Shown here in pieces: positions 18,337 through 29,637 of a stretch of DNA of 64,000 nucleotides. The stretch is from the NCBI GenBank assembly GCA_963802945.1, contig CAWDKY010000030.1, positions 96,001 through 160,000 of the forward strand. The letters are read 5' to 3'. Both the position numbers and the translations under genes were made by a program. Source of the stretch: an uncultured delta proteobacterium. GTDB taxonomy: Bacteria > Desulfobacterota > RBG-13-43-22. Within the stretch, counting starts at the first letter, position 1. Each line of letters starts with the position of its first letter. A model generated the notes under the pieces. That model made no database searches. It saw only the letters and a program-made list of their open reading frames with translations, and had not been told where the DNA came from.

Positions 18337-20109
18337 TTAAGACCTGAAATAACCTTTAGGGTCAAGGGCTCTCAGTACAACCAGCTCACCATGATCCGGG
18401 ATGGGTATGGCCTTAACAGCAGACGACACTTTAAGAGACCAACCGCATTTTTCTTTGATAAGCTTAATCTTATCAGCCAGAGCGGGCCTTTCTGAATTAT
18501 TAAGGCAACCGGTTAGAGTTAACTCGTCATCTCCTCCTAACTTCTCAAAGATTCCAAAATCGGACACCAGCGTTTTTACTCTATAGCCGGGGCAGGTAAT
18601 ATAAGGCACTTTTTCCACAAACCGGGTTGCTGATTGATTCATTACCGCTATCACTTCGGCGGCATTGACGGCATCATTACTGCCACCTGCTCCAGTGAGG
18701 TAAAGCCTGCCTGGTATCTTGGTAGAGTTAACGTTGCCATGTTTATCGATCTCACCCCCACCGATGACAGCCAGACATTTGCTGTTATTACTGCCGACAA
18801 AGACACCGTAAGAGTCCACGATGTTAGTCATCATCTGGCAAGTGGCCATAGTAGGAATGTTCAATACGCTTGGATCGCCCGGCCGGGGTGAATAGCCCCA
18901 GAAGCCGGAGCCTAATAACAAATTGGCATCGCGGCCTTGTTCTTTTAGTTGATAGCAGGCTGTCCAGGCGGCCAGCCCTGCCGTTCCCGCCCCGGCCAAA
19001 ATGGTCTCGTATCCATATTGAATGGATTTTTCTCTTATCTTCTGAGCGGCTGCCAAGACCATCAATTCCCTTGGGTTGACCTCCTCATCCATAAAAGGTG
19101 ATCCTAAAACTACACTTAATTCGTCTTTCCAAGAATCTTTGAGCGCTCGTCTTTTAAGATAGGCAGTCCTCCCCCGTCCCAATTTACGCAAATAATCATC
19201 GTGAGATGGACAATCCAGTACCCATTGCCTTATCCAGTCATCAAACTTTCTCCGGTTCTCACCTGCCTTTCGCTCTTCAGCCTGGAATTCGTAGTCTTCT
19301 CCGTAGACCTCAACCCCTTTCAAGCCGGGGTTAACCAAGCACCCTGGATGGGCTCCCATAGGACAGACCGAAACTGAATTTACCAGGTAGCCGGGGATAT
19401 CAACCAAAAAGGCGTGGCGTCTTATAAAATCGGTCGATACCAATCGTTCTACCGTTACCAAGGCTCCATTCAGGCTGGCCTTTGGCCCCCAAGCGTCCTC
19501 TCCAGCACCCCTTGCCGGACCGGTGATCGTGTTTCCATAGCGATCAGCGACCCAGCCGTGAACCAAGGAGATGTCAGGATTCAAGGCCTTGACCAGCCCC
19601 AGCTTCTTTCCACTTCCAAAGGGGTCTTCGATCACCTGAAAAGAGTCTTCATTTTCTTCAGCCATACTGCTGGCCATGATAGATTTAGTCGGCATAAAAC
19701 CAACGCCAAAGGCCCCGGCCATTAACCTCTGGACAAATGAATAGAGGGACCAATTTTCAATCTCTATCCCCCCCTCGGTGTAGGCCCGCTGAACCACACG
19801 GACCGGCCTCATGGCCGGATGTCCTTCAGCGCAGAGGGTCGTAATAACCTTTCTTGCCAGACCACCATGTATCATGCCTATCCCATAACTGGAGAGCAAA
19901 CTCGTAATCAAAGTGAACCCTGGGGCCTTACTCCAGAACTGCCTCAGAACCTCTCGGGTAGCTGCGCCGGCACCCTCACGAATATGCAGCTTCATCCCTG
20001 CCTCGATACTATTCCTTATGGCCTCCTCAAGGCTTGTGACCTTGTCGCTACCTTCATTTCTCCTCAGTTTAAAAGTGGTTCTGAGGATAGACTCGACGCT
20101 TTTCTTCAT
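18337..20109 (-). CDS. Fused alpha+beta family I CoA-transferase (glutaconate CoA-transferase-like)
   Basis: ALNPDISLVHGWVADRYGN, PMGAHP, GGGEIDKHGNVNST, GAGGSND; start at MKKSV with RBS agggg. Confidence 0.75.
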   Translation of the reverse strand: MKKSVESILRTTFKLRRNEGSDKVTSLEEAIRNSIEAGMKLHIREGAGAATREVLRQFWSKAPGFTLITSLLSSYGIGMIHGGLARKVITTLCAEGHPAMRPVRVVQRAYTEGGIEIENWSLYSFVQRLMAGAFGVGFMPTKSIMASSMAEENEDSFQVIEDPFGSGKKLGLVKALNPDISLVHGWVADRYGNTITGPARGAGEDAWGPKASLNGALVTVERLVSTDFIRRHAFLVDIPGYLVNSVSVCPMGAHPGCLVNPGLKGVEVYGEDYEFQAEERKAGENRRKFDDWIRQWVLDCPSHDDYLRKLGRGRTAYLKRRALKDSWKDELSVVLGSPFMDEEVNPRELMVLAAAQKIREKSIQYGYETILAGAGTAGLAAWTACYQLKEQGRDANLLLGSGFWGYSPRPGDPSVLNIPTMATCQMMTNIVDSYGVFVGSNNSKCLAVIGGGEIDKHGNVNSTKIPGRLYLTGAGGSNDAVNAAEVIAVMNQSATRFVEKVPYITCPGYRVKTLVSDFGIFEKLGGDDELTLTGCLNNSERPALADKIKLIKEKCGWSLKVSSAVKAIPIPDHGELVVLRALDPKGYFRS

Positions 20110-20382
20110 TTCATCCCCTTGATCTGATTTTGAGCTTAGCCATCTTCCCGGCCTAAGCCACCATCTCACTCAAGGCCTCCTATGATTTTCATTAACCTGG
20201 CTGAAGAAAATAAAAATCCCACCTCTCCCTTGGGAAAAATGGGTTTTATTATTTTTCCATTGGAACTCCTTTTAAAAAAGGGTGACCAACAAGACCATTT
20301 GGTTTTTTTAAATCCCTACCTGTTCACTGGCTAAAAGTCAATAATTTTTCCCATCTTGCTGATTTTGAAATCGATTTTAAAT

Positions 20383-20410
20383 TTGACAATAGTTTAAGGC
20401 TGATTATCAT
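20383..20410 (+). promoter_or_regulatory. Putative sigma70 promoter of copA
   Basis: TTGACA-16 bp-TATCAT. Confidence 0.45.
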
Positions 20411-20454
20411 ATGAATAAAGAAACTAAGACCTAAAAGTCATTAGGTATAAGGGT

Positions 20455-22710
20455 ATGGAATCTGAAGCAGCCAATAAAGACTTGGAACAGACCTCCCTGT
20501 CCGTAGGCGGGATGAGCTGTGCCGCCTGTGTGTTGCGGGTGGAAAAGGCCCTGGGTGATTTGGAAGGGGTGGAAAAAGCAGCCGTTAACTTCGCCACCGA
20601 AAAGGCCCAGGTGACTTATGACCCGAAGAAAGTCGACCTGGAAAAATTTCGTCAGGCTATCGAGGAAGCTGGTTATCAGTTTCGCGGCCTGGCCCGGGCC
20701 GGACTTCGAGACAAAGAGCGGGAAGAACGTCAAAAGGAACTAAGCCTGCTTAAAAAGAAATTTATCTTCAGTGTTATTCTGGGTATCCTGATCATGATCC
20801 TATCTATGCCCCATTACATCCCTTATCTGAAGAATGTCCCGCATGACATTTTGTTCTATATCCTCTTTATCCTGACCACACCGGTGCAATTCTGGGCCGG
20901 CAAGCAGTTTCTGACCGGGGCCTGGATGGCAGCCCGCCACGGTATGGCCGATATGAACACCCTGATCGCCGTAGGGACGTTATCTGCCTATGGCTATTCT
21001 TCCCTGGCCACCTTTTTCCCTTCGTTCTTCCATCAAAGCGGCCTGAAGCCCGAAATCTATTTCGACAGTGCGGCCATGATCATCGCCTTGATCTTGTTGG
21101 GGCGGTTGCTCGAAGCCCGAGCCAAGGGGCAGACTTCCGAGGCCATTCGTAAGTTGATAGGACTGGCGCCGAAGACAGCCAGGGTCAGGCGGGACAATCA
21201 AGAAAAGGATATTCCCGTAGAGCAGGTACAAAAGGGAGATCTTGTTTTGGTTCGTCCGGGAGAAAAAATCCCGGTTGACGGTAAAATCCAGGAAGGCCAC
21301 TCGGCCGTGGATGAATCCATGCTGACTGGCGAGAGCCTGCCGGTGGATAAAAACCCAGGAGACGAAGTGATCGGAGCCACCCTGAACAAAAACGGCAGTT
21401 TTGTTTTTGAGGCCACCCGCATAGGAGAAGAAACGGCCCTGTCCCAGATCATCCGACTGGTGGAACAGGCCCAGGGCAGCAAAGCCCCGATCCAGCGACT
21501 GGCCGACCAGGTGGCCGGTATTTTTGTGCCCATCGTCATGGGGATTGCAGTGCTGACCTTTATCATCTGGTATTTTTGGGGCCCTCCCCCTACCCTGACC
21601 TACGCCTTACTTAATTTTGTGGCCGTGATGATCATTGCCTGTCCTTGTGCACTGGGTCTGGCCACACCGACAGCCATCATGGTGGGAACCGGCAAAGGGG
21701 CGGAAAACGGCATACTGATCAAAGGAGGAGAAACCCTGGAATCGATCCACAAATTGACTACCATAGTTTTTGATAAAACCGGAACGCTGACCAAAGGAGA
21801 GTTGGCTGTAACCGATATCATCCCCATGGAAGGATTCGAGACCAAGGCTATTCTGGCCTTAGCCGCCTCGGTGGAAAGAAATTCCGAACATCCCCTTGGA
21901 GAAGCTATTGTGCGAAAGGCCAGAGAAGAAGGATTGGCATTGATGAGTGTAAATCACTTCGAGGCCCTTTCCGGACAAGGCGTTACGGCAAAATGGGAAG
22001 GACAAGAAATTCTGATCGGCAACCAACGCCTGATGGAATCACGGGGTCTGGATTTGGCGCCCGTTCAGGTCTCGGCCGATGCCCTGGCTGAACAGGGAAA
22101 AACTCTGATGGTTGCCGCTAAGAACGGCAAAATAATAGGTCTAATCGCTTTGGCCGATACCCTTAAGGATCAGTCGACTGAGGCGCTGTCTGAACTCAAA
22201 AAAATGGGGCTGAACGTGGTTATGCTCACCGGTGACAATCAACAAACTGCCCAAGCTATCGGCCGGCAACTCCATCTCGACCGGGTCCTGGCCGAAGTCC
22301 TTCCTCAAGACAAGACCGAACAGATCAAAAAACTTCAAGAACAAGGGGAAAAGGTAGCCATGGTGGGAGACGGCATCAACGATGCCCCGGCCCTGGCCCA
22401 GGCCGATGTAGGCATTGCCATCGGTACGGGTACGGATGTAGCCATGGAAGCCTCGGACATTACCTTGATCCGAGATGATCTGCGGGCCATTGCCACGGCC
22501 GTCAAACTGTCCAAAAGGACCATCCTGACCATTCGTCAGAATCTCTTCTGGGCCTTTTTTTACAATGTCCTGGGTATTCCCATTGCCGCCGGAATCCTCT
22601 ATCCCTTCTGGGGGATATTGCTCAATCCGATTCTGGCTTCGGCGGCCATGGCCTTCAGTTCGGTTTCCGTGGTCAGCAATTCCTTACGTTTGCAGCGAGT
22701 TAAGATATGA
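20455..22710 (+). CDS. copA: Cu(I)-translocating P1B-type ATPase
   Basis: GMSCAAC metal-binding domain, CPC, DKTGT, SEHP, YN and MAFSS TM motifs. Confidence 0.95.
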   Translation: MESEAANKDLEQTSLSVGGMSCAACVLRVEKALGDLEGVEKAAVNFATEKAQVTYDPKKVDLEKFRQAIEEAGYQFRGLARAGLRDKEREERQKELSLLKKKFIFSVILGILIMILSMPHYIPYLKNVPHDILFYILFILTTPVQFWAGKQFLTGAWMAARHGMADMNTLIAVGTLSAYGYSSLATFFPSFFHQSGLKPEIYFDSAAMIIALILLGRLLEARAKGQTSEAIRKLIGLAPKTARVRRDNQEKDIPVEQVQKGDLVLVRPGEKIPVDGKIQEGHSAVDESMLTGESLPVDKNPGDEVIGATLNKNGSFVFEATRIGEETALSQIIRLVEQAQGSKAPIQRLADQVAGIFVPIVMGIAVLTFIIWYFWGPPPTLTYALLNFVAVMIIACPCALGLATPTAIMVGTGKGAENGILIKGGETLESIHKLTTIVFDKTGTLTKGELAVTDIIPMEGFETKAILALAASVERNSEHPLGEAIVRKAREEGLALMSVNHFEALSGQGVTAKWEGQEILIGNQRLMESRGLDLAPVQVSADALAEQGKTLMVAAKNGKIIGLIALADTLKDQSTEALSELKKMGLNVVMLTGDNQQTAQAIGRQLHLDRVLAEVLPQDKTEQIKKLQEQGEKVAMVGDGINDAPALAQADVGIAIGTGTDVAMEASDITLIRDDLRAIATAVKLSKRTILTIRQNLFWAFFYNVLGIPIAAGILYPFWGILLNPILASAAMAFSSVSVVSNSLRLQRVKI

Positions 22711-22772
22711 AACAGGTGGATAGACAGAAGACCTAAGGCTGAAGGAAGAAAGGTGATGAAAGAAGAATGTGA

Positions 22773-24872
22773 TTAGAATTCTATCCTCAATTGGGTGTTT
22801 TTCTTTTTCCCCTGTTTTTCCTCGTACATATTTTTATCGGCCTGGGATAAAAGGGTTGTAATGGAAATCGGGTGCTCTGGATCATATCCGGCAACACCCA
22901 TGCTCAAGGACAACTTATAAGGACGCCCTGATCCCTTATTATAAAAATTAAGGTTAGTTCGCAGCCTCTCCAGGAGCAACTCAGGCCCGCCTTCTGTGGC
23001 CCCCTCTATAGCCAGGGTCACAAACTCATCCCCCCCGATTCGGGCCAGGATATCCGGATCACGAAAGGACTCTTTTAAAATTCGGGCAATATCCTTCAAG
23101 GCCTGATCCCCTTCCAAATGTCCGAAGGTATCATTAATCCCCTTCAAATCGTCCAGGTCGGCGAAAAGTAAAAAGGTCTCCCTTTTCATTCGATTGGCGA
23201 TTTTTAATTCCTGCTCGGCCAGGGTTAAAAATCCTCTGCGGTTATAAATCCCGGTCAGGTCATCCACCAAGGACATGGCTTTTAACGCCTCTTCAGCCTG
23301 CTTCTGGCGGGTGACATCCCTTAGAATCCCTCGAAAGCCGATCTTTTGATGATCGGAATCCAGGATTAAGGAGACCGAGGTCTCTACATAAATTTTTGAT
23401 CCATCCTTTCTGATCAGCTCCCAGTCAAATCCTCTCTCAGGCAAACTGGTGCGGTAAACCCGGTTAAAAATCTCATAGACCTTCTTGGCAGTTTCCTCGT
23501 CCATATATTGCCGGTTATTTAATCCGATCAGCTCCTCCTCCGGATAGCCGAGCATCCGGCATTGAGCGGCATTGCAGAAGGTCGTATTGCCAGCCAAATC
23601 CACTTCATAATACCCGTCTTCGATGCTGGTCAAGATGGAGCGATAGCGCTCTTCGGAGCGACGGAGGGATTCTCCCGAAAGTTTGCGCTCATTAATTTCG
23701 GCTTCCAGTTTTTTATTGGCTTTGATCAGGTCTTTAGTCCTTTCCTTTACCTGCCCTTCCAACAGTTCTCGCCCCTTGATCAATTCCCTTACGGCTTCTT
23801 TACGAACAGCGATCTCCAGTTGTAAGGCCTTGGTCTGCCTCAAGTCACGACCGACCAACACCAACCCGATGGGATCTTTAAAATCATCACGGAGGATGGA
23901 TGCGGAAATAAAAACCGGAAGCGTTTCTCCGGCTCGAGTTTTCAATAGGGTCTCTCTATCCGGGCAGGTGGCTATTCTATTTTTCAAGGAATCTCTCATG
24001 TCGGCGACCAGGCCGCTGTCGGAAATAATCGTTTCCAATCTCTTTCCAGGGAGCTCTTCTTCCCCATAACCCAGCAGAGCCTCGGTCTGGGGATTGGTCT
24101 GGATGATTTCTCCGGATGTGTTTATCAAAAGCAGTAGGTCTTTCATTCGGGTAATGATTTCTTCAGCGGCAATCTTAGGAGAGGGGACCATCAAACGATA
24201 TTTTACCATGGATCTCCAGACGGCTATGGCCCATAAGAGAAGAATTATCGGAGCGATAGCAGGTAAATTTTTTACCTCAAATACCGGCAGGATCATATTG
24301 ACGGTAAAACCGATAATCACCAAGCCGGCACTGGTCAAAATGAGACGGGTCTGGGCCTTCTCACGGGCCAGACTGGAGGTCTTCCCCCTTTGCCAGAACA
24401 GGTAAAGGCCGATAATAATGCAAGCCCACAGATTGGAGACATGAAACCAATACCAAAAAGAATCAGGGGCAGGAATCTCGATCCAGCCCAAGGCCCCGGG
24501 AATAAAATCTTTGGCGATAACAATTCCGGTCCAGGCCTGATAGACCAGAATAAGACCGGGAAGATAGAGAAAAATATAAATCCAAGGTTTCTTCAGAACC
24601 CTTTCCTTTCCACAGAGAAGCATAAAAAAGTGCAGGCTGATTCCCCCTATGGTACACCACCCCAAGGAGGACATCTTGTACCAGAACCAAAGGGTTTCTT
24701 TGTTGGATGCTTGAAAAACCGGGGCATAAAAGAAGGCCCAAACGGCCAGGCTTAGGCACTGCAGAAAAAAGACTTGGGTCAGTCTTACTCCAGGTTCCTT
24801 CCTCCAGGCATATAGACCAAGGCAAAGATAGATCGCCGCGGATAGAAAGGAAAAAAGCGTAAACAAGTTCAT
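22773..24872 (-). CDS. Diguanylate cyclase with 7TM sensor and two PAS domains
   Basis: Seven N-terminal hydrophobic helices, two PAS-like segments, RDPD I-site and GGDEF. Confidence 0.92.
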   Translation of the reverse strand: MNLFTLFSFLSAAIYLCLGLYAWRKEPGVRLTQVFFLQCLSLAVWAFFYAPVFQASNKETLWFWYKMSSLGWCTIGGISLHFFMLLCGKERVLKKPWIYIFLYLPGLILVYQAWTGIVIAKDFIPGALGWIEIPAPDSFWYWFHVSNLWACIIIGLYLFWQRGKTSSLAREKAQTRLILTSAGLVIIGFTVNMILPVFEVKNLPAIAPIILLLWAIAVWRSMVKYRLMVPSPKIAAEEIITRMKDLLLLINTSGEIIQTNPQTEALLGYGEEELPGKRLETIISDSGLVADMRDSLKNRIATCPDRETLLKTRAGETLPVFISASILRDDFKDPIGLVLVGRDLRQTKALQLEIAVRKEAVRELIKGRELLEGQVKERTKDLIKANKKLEAEINERKLSGESLRRSEERYRSILTSIEDGYYEVDLAGNTTFCNAAQCRMLGYPEEELIGLNNRQYMDEETAKKVYEIFNRVYRTSLPERGFDWELIRKDGSKIYVETSVSLILDSDHQKIGFRGILRDVTRQKQAEEALKAMSLVDDLTGIYNRRGFLTLAEQELKIANRMKRETFLLFADLDDLKGINDTFGHLEGDQALKDIARILKESFRDPDILARIGGDEFVTLAIEGATEGGPELLLERLRTNLNFYNKGSGRPYKLSLSMGVAGYDPEHPISITTLLSQADKNMYEEKQGKKKNTQLRIEF

Positions 24873-24988
24873 GATCCATTACCTCGAAAAAAATTGGATT
24901 TGAGGCATACTACTAAAAAAATGAAACTCTTTACCGAAGAACGATCCATTTATTATTTTCCACGGCGTTGAAAGGGATTCCAACTCCT

Positions 24989-25960
24989 TCAGGAGTATAA
25001 GTTCATATCGCTTTCAACCATTTCCTGGATCAACTCCTCAAAGGTGATGGTCGGCTTCCAGCCAAGGACTCTCTCTGCCTTGGAATAGTTCCCCTGCAGG
25101 ACCATGACTTCCGAGGGACGATAAAGAGTTTTGTCGATTTCCAAATAGTCCCGAAAATCCAATTTCAGCAAAGAGAAGGACTTTTTTAAAAAATCTTCTA
25201 CGCTGTGGCATTTCCCGGTGGCAATGACATAGTCATCCGGCTTTTTCTGTTGAAGCATCATCCACATGGCCCGGACATAATCCTGGGCATGTCCCCAATC
25301 TCGCTTGGCCTGAATATTCCCCAGTTTGATCTTTTTCTCTTTACCTAATTTAATTAAAGCGGCCTGAGAAGTTATTTTACGGGTAACAAATTCATGGCCC
25401 CGGCGGGGAGATTCATGATTAAATAAAATGCCGCAGGAAGCATGTAAGCCGTAAGCTTCCCGGTAATTCCGAGTCAGTTCAAAGCCGGCTACCTTGGAAA
25501 TCCCATAGGGGGAACGAGGATGGAAAGGCGTATTTTCATCCTGCGGGGTCTCTCTGACCTTTCCAAAGGTCTCGCTGGATGCGGCGAAATAAAAGTGGCA
25601 ATGGGGGGCCTTTCGTTTTATGGATGACAATAAATAATGAGTCCCGTTGATGTTGGTGCTGATGGTCGAAAATTCATCTTCAAAGGAATAACTGACGAAG
25701 CTCTGGGCCGCCAAATGATAACATTCGTCCGGCTCAATCGTTTCGATCACATTGAAGATGCTGGGGTAACTTTCCATGGAACCAGCATGGAGGGTAATTT
25801 TATCCAGGATATGACGGAGCCGCCAAAGACGATGGAGAGGGTCTTCTAAAGCCATTCTGCGGACAATGCCGTGGACCTCATATCCCTTGGAAAGTAAAAG
25901 TTCGGATAAATAACTTCCATCCTGACCGGTTATTCCGGTAATCAAGGCACGTTTCTTCAT
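24989..25960 (-). CDS. gmd: GDP-mannose 4,6-dehydratase
   Basis: ALITGITGQDGSYL, PRSPYGISK, LFNHESPRRG, RDWGHA. Confidence 0.96.
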   Translation of the reverse strand: MKKRALITGITGQDGSYLSELLLSKGYEVHGIVRRMALEDPLHRLWRLRHILDKITLHAGSMESYPSIFNVIETIEPDECYHLAAQSFVSYSFEDEFSTISTNINGTHYLLSSIKRKAPHCHFYFAASSETFGKVRETPQDENTPFHPRSPYGISKVAGFELTRNYREAYGLHASCGILFNHESPRRGHEFVTRKITSQAALIKLGKEKKIKLGNIQAKRDWGHAQDYVRAMWMMLQQKKPDDYVIATGKCHSVEDFLKKSFSLLKLDFRDYLEIDKTLYRPSEVMVLQGNYSKAERVLGWKPTITFEELIQEMVESDMNLYS

Positions 25961-26117
25961 GGTCGAATTTCCGTTTAATTTTTACATTTTGGATTCTGGA
26001 AAACTTTTCTTTCCCTATGATTGTTTCTGGTTGCGAGTTCCAGGTTGTGGGTTAAAAAAATGATGCCAAATAAACATAACCCGAAACCCGTAACGCCTAG
26101 CCCGGAACTAATTTATT

Positions 26118-27308
26118 TTAAGGCGTTTTAAATATTTTTTCACTGATGGTCCGAATGATACGATCCTTAAAAACTTCTCTATCAAACTGCAGGGCATGGT
26201 TGCGCATCTTCACCGGGTCCAAAAGATGGGCGTGCGCCTCTAACCTCTCCACGGCCTCCAGCAGAGCGGTTTCCGTCTGTTCCTGAAAAAAGATCCCGCT
26301 GAAAAAATCCCTCCGTCCTTCAAGATATTCCTCAAGGGGAACCACTGTTTCCAAAGCCCCTCCGCGGCCGAAAGCCACCACCGGTCGGCCGGAAGCCTGG
26401 GCCTCCAACGGCGTGATCCCGGCATCTTCTTCACCGGGGAAAATCAAGGCCCGGCATTCTCCATAAAGTTTTTTTAAATTTTCATTCGGCTGCCACCCTA
26501 ACCAGGTAATGTTTTTGCCGGATTCCTTTTTTAAAGAGTCCATCAATGGTCCGGTCCCGACAATGATTAAAGACTTCTGGCTTCGATTAAAAGCCCGGAC
26601 GGCCAGATCAACGCGTTTATAAGGTGCTAAAGCCGTAACCATCAAATAATAGCCCCGGGGTTGAAAAGACAAGTCAAAATGTTTCGTGTCCACCGGAACC
26701 GCAATGACTTCGGCCTCTCGATGGTAATATTTTAAAATTCGCCGGCGGACATTTTCAGAATCAGCCAAGAGATAATCCACCCTCTGACTGGAACCTACAT
26801 CCCAACGCCGGAGTATCGCGGCCACGAACGGCATCACCACCTTGACCAATATTCCCGCAGAGGAATCCTTACCAAAGTAGATGTCGTACATATCCCAGAT
26901 ATAACGGACGGGAGTGAAAATATAGGATATATGGATAGTGGGCGAAAACACGCGGACGCCCTTGGCCACACAATGACTGCCGGACAAAACCAAATCATAC
27001 CCTTTTAAATGGATACTCCTCAGGGCTAAGGGGAAAAGGGGAAGATAATGACGATATTTTTTTTCAACCCCGGGAAGGTGCTGGGCCCAGGTGGTCTGGA
27101 TCCGATGTTTTTCAATAATCGGAGAAACGGATCCCTTGACATGGAGGAGCGTATAAAGGTTAGCTTGAGGGAAAATCTCGCAAAAGATCTCCAGACACTT
27201 TTCTCCTCCTCGCATGCCGGTCAACCAGTCATGGACCAGAGCCACCTTAAGGGTAGACAAGGTTTTTCGGTTCGCCTCAACTTCTTCAGTCAAATTTGTT
27301 TTAAACAT
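26118..27308 (-). CDS. Glycosyltransferase family 4
   Basis: VHDWLTGMRGGE, EDAGITPLEAQASG. Confidence 0.9.
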   Translation of the reverse strand: MFKTNLTEEVEANRKTLSTLKVALVHDWLTGMRGGEKCLEIFCEIFPQANLYTLLHVKGSVSPIIEKHRIQTTWAQHLPGVEKKYRHYLPLFPLALRSIHLKGYDLVLSGSHCVAKGVRVFSPTIHISYIFTPVRYIWDMYDIYFGKDSSAGILVKVVMPFVAAILRRWDVGSSQRVDYLLADSENVRRRILKYYHREAEVIAVPVDTKHFDLSFQPRGYYLMVTALAPYKRVDLAVRAFNRSQKSLIIVGTGPLMDSLKKESGKNITWLGWQPNENLKKLYGECRALIFPGEEDAGITPLEAQASGRPVVAFGRGGALETVVPLEEYLEGRRDFFSGIFFQEQTETALLEAVERLEAHAHLLDPVKMRNHALQFDREVFKDRIIRTISEKIFKTP

Positions 27309-27322
27309 TTCGGATTCAAGGT

Positions 27323-28453
27323 TTAAGGTTTGTTAACTTTTATTCTGACTTCTGGATTCTGACTCCTGGATTCTGTTTTTTTTAAGGAGTCATAGGTTTC
27401 TAAAACGATTCGCGCTGTCTTCTCCCAAGAATATTGCTTGGCCTGTTTTAACCCTCGTTCCCTTAAGGCTTGTCTAAGATCTTGGTGAAGAAGGATTTCC
27501 CGAATCCCTTCCTTTATAGCATGGATATCATAAGGATTCACCTGAAAACCTGCCTCTCCGGCAATTTCCGGCAAGGCCCCCTGATCTCCAATCAGGATCG
27601 GGCAGCCACAGGCCATGGCTTCCAAAACCGGAAGACCGAATCCCTCATAAAGCGATGGGGCCACTAACAGTTCGGCCCCTGAGTAAAACAGGCTCAAATC
27701 CTGGTCGTTACATTGGGGCAGAAATAAAACCCGATTCTTTAAGCCGGTGGATAGGTTCCCGGGCGGGATTCCAATAGCGACTAGTTTTCCGGGATAAGAG
27801 TTATCTTTAATCAATAATTCAAAGGCAGAAAGTACCCGGGAGAAATTTTTGTGTGGTTTTGGATTGCCGACAAAAACAAGATAGCCCTGATCCAGCTGAT
27901 AACGACGAATAAATGACGGTTCCAAAGGTTTGGGAGCCCAATGGGAGTCCAAGCCATTGGGGGTAATCACCACCCGCTCTCCCCTTCCCTGGAGAAGGGT
28001 GATGATATCGTTCTTTGATCGTTCTGAAACGGTAAAAACCTTTTGACAACGGGCCACGGCCCTGCGCATAACTAACCGAAAAAAAAGACGATGACCGAGA
28101 CCGTAATCTTTTGGAAAAAGCATGGGAATCAGATCATGAATGGTCATGATCCCCTTAGGCGAAAAGAGCAAAGGAATGGTAAAGGTGGGTGAATGGAAAA
28201 GATCAAAGACTTCCTTTCGAAGATGAATTGGAAGCAGGATCTGTTCTTGCAAGCCGTATAGGGGAATCGAAGTCGAAAACCAGCGTACCGGAACCGCAGG
28301 GGTAAACCATTCTTGAATTTTGGATTGGCTGATCAGGATCAGGTATTCGTCGCCCCTGTCCTTGGCGAGCAGCTGGTGAAGCAGATTCAGACAATAGCGG
28401 GCAATCCCATGCATGTCCTTTCCCAGGACTCTGGCATCAAAAAGGATTCTCAT
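27323..28453 (-). CDS. Glycosyltransferase family 4
   Basis: TIHDL, PHKN, EGFGLPVLEAMACG. Confidence 0.9.
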   Translation of the reverse strand: MRILFDARVLGKDMHGIARYCLNLLHQLLAKDRGDEYLILISQSKIQEWFTPAVPVRWFSTSIPLYGLQEQILLPIHLRKEVFDLFHSPTFTIPLLFSPKGIMTIHDLIPMLFPKDYGLGHRLFFRLVMRRAVARCQKVFTVSERSKNDIITLLQGRGERVVITPNGLDSHWAPKPLEPSFIRRYQLDQGYLVFVGNPKPHKNFSRVLSAFELLIKDNSYPGKLVAIGIPPGNLSTGLKNRVLFLPQCNDQDLSLFYSGAELLVAPSLYEGFGLPVLEAMACGCPILIGDQGALPEIAGEAGFQVNPYDIHAIKEGIREILLHQDLRQALRERGLKQAKQYSWEKTARIVLETYDSLKKTESRSQNPEVRIKVNKP

Positions 28454-29582
28454 GTCTGTTCACCGATCGATAAACGTCGAGGGTTTTCCGTGCGGCTTCA
28501 TACCAAGAAAATCGGGCGGACTGTTCTTTGCCCAACTGGCTCAATCGCATTTTTTCTTCCGGGTTTCTTAACAACCCGACGATACGATCAGCCAGTTCTT
28601 GGATATCGGTCGGATTAACCAGAATACCGGCTGAGCCCACAATTTCCGGGATAGAAGAGCGATCGGAAGAGATGACCGGCGTGCCGCAACTCATGGCCTC
28701 CAGGACCGGCAAACCGAATCCTTCATAAAGAGAAGGAAAAACAAAGAGCTCGGCGCTGTTCATAAACATGGGAATGTGTTCCATAGGGACATATCCGGTG
28801 AAAAGAACTTGATCCTGCGCAGGATAATTTTTTAAAAAATGGCTTAAAGAACGAGTCAACCATCCTTTTTGACCGCTCACCACTAATTGATATTCATTGC
28901 CCAGATCTTGACAGACCCGGGTGAAGGATTCTAATAAAACGATCAAATTTTTTCGAGGCTCAATATTACCCAGATGATAAATAAATTTTTTGGTGATTCC
29001 ATATTGTTGTTTAAGCCTGGCTTGAGCCTCCTCTTTGTTGTAAGGGAAAAAAATCGGAGAAGGAGCCTCATGAATAACCACAATTTTCTCTGAAGGCACT
29101 TTTAAGATTCGGATTAAATCCTTTTTGGTGTGATGAGATACGGCGATAATCTTATCGGCCTTCTTAACCGCCTGTCTCAGCAGGTAGCGCATATAGGCCC
29201 CATATTTCAGGGGAATGGTTTCCGGAAAGAGGAAAGCCACCAGATCATGGATAGTCACGACCAACCCGCAATGATCCTTCCTGAAAGGTATCAAGGAAGC
29301 AGGGCCATGAAACACATTGATCCCCATCATCTTCAACCGGATGGGCAGAATGAAATATTCCCAAAAGTCACTCAGGGGATGATTCTCATGAGAAAATATT
29401 GTCAGTAGTGGATTTTGTTCCCTGGCCAGATTCCCTAGCAGGAAAAGATTTTTTTTCTGGGCCAGGAAATAATAAATGGGTTCCGGGTCGACTTGCCTCA
29501 AATTTTGGACGAGGTTGAGGACATAATTCCCCACTCCTGAGCGGTTGGGCAGAACGGTTCGAACATCAATGGCGATTTTCAT
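28437..29582 (-). CDS. Glycosyltransferase family 4
   Basis: MKIAID start, TIHDL, EPRKN, EGFGLPVLEAMSCG. Confidence 0.9.
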   Translation of the reverse strand: MKIAIDVRTVLPNRSGVGNYVLNLVQNLRQVDPEPIYYFLAQKKNLFLLGNLAREQNPLLTIFSHENHPLSDFWEYFILPIRLKMMGINVFHGPASLIPFRKDHCGLVVTIHDLVAFLFPETIPLKYGAYMRYLLRQAVKKADKIIAVSHHTKKDLIRILKVPSEKIVVIHEAPSPIFFPYNKEEAQARLKQQYGITKKFIYHLGNIEPRKNLIVLLESFTRVCQDLGNEYQLVVSGQKGWLTRSLSHFLKNYPAQDQVLFTGYVPMEHIPMFMNSAELFVFPSLYEGFGLPVLEAMSCGTPVISSDRSSIPEIVGSAGILVNPTDIQELADRIVGLLRNPEEKMRLSQLGKEQSARFSWYEAARKTLDVYRSVNRHENPF

Positions 29583-29637
29583 GACTAAGAACTCGTAGGT
29601 TCCTTTTTGAACTTCCCTATCTTTACTAAAAATTCCA

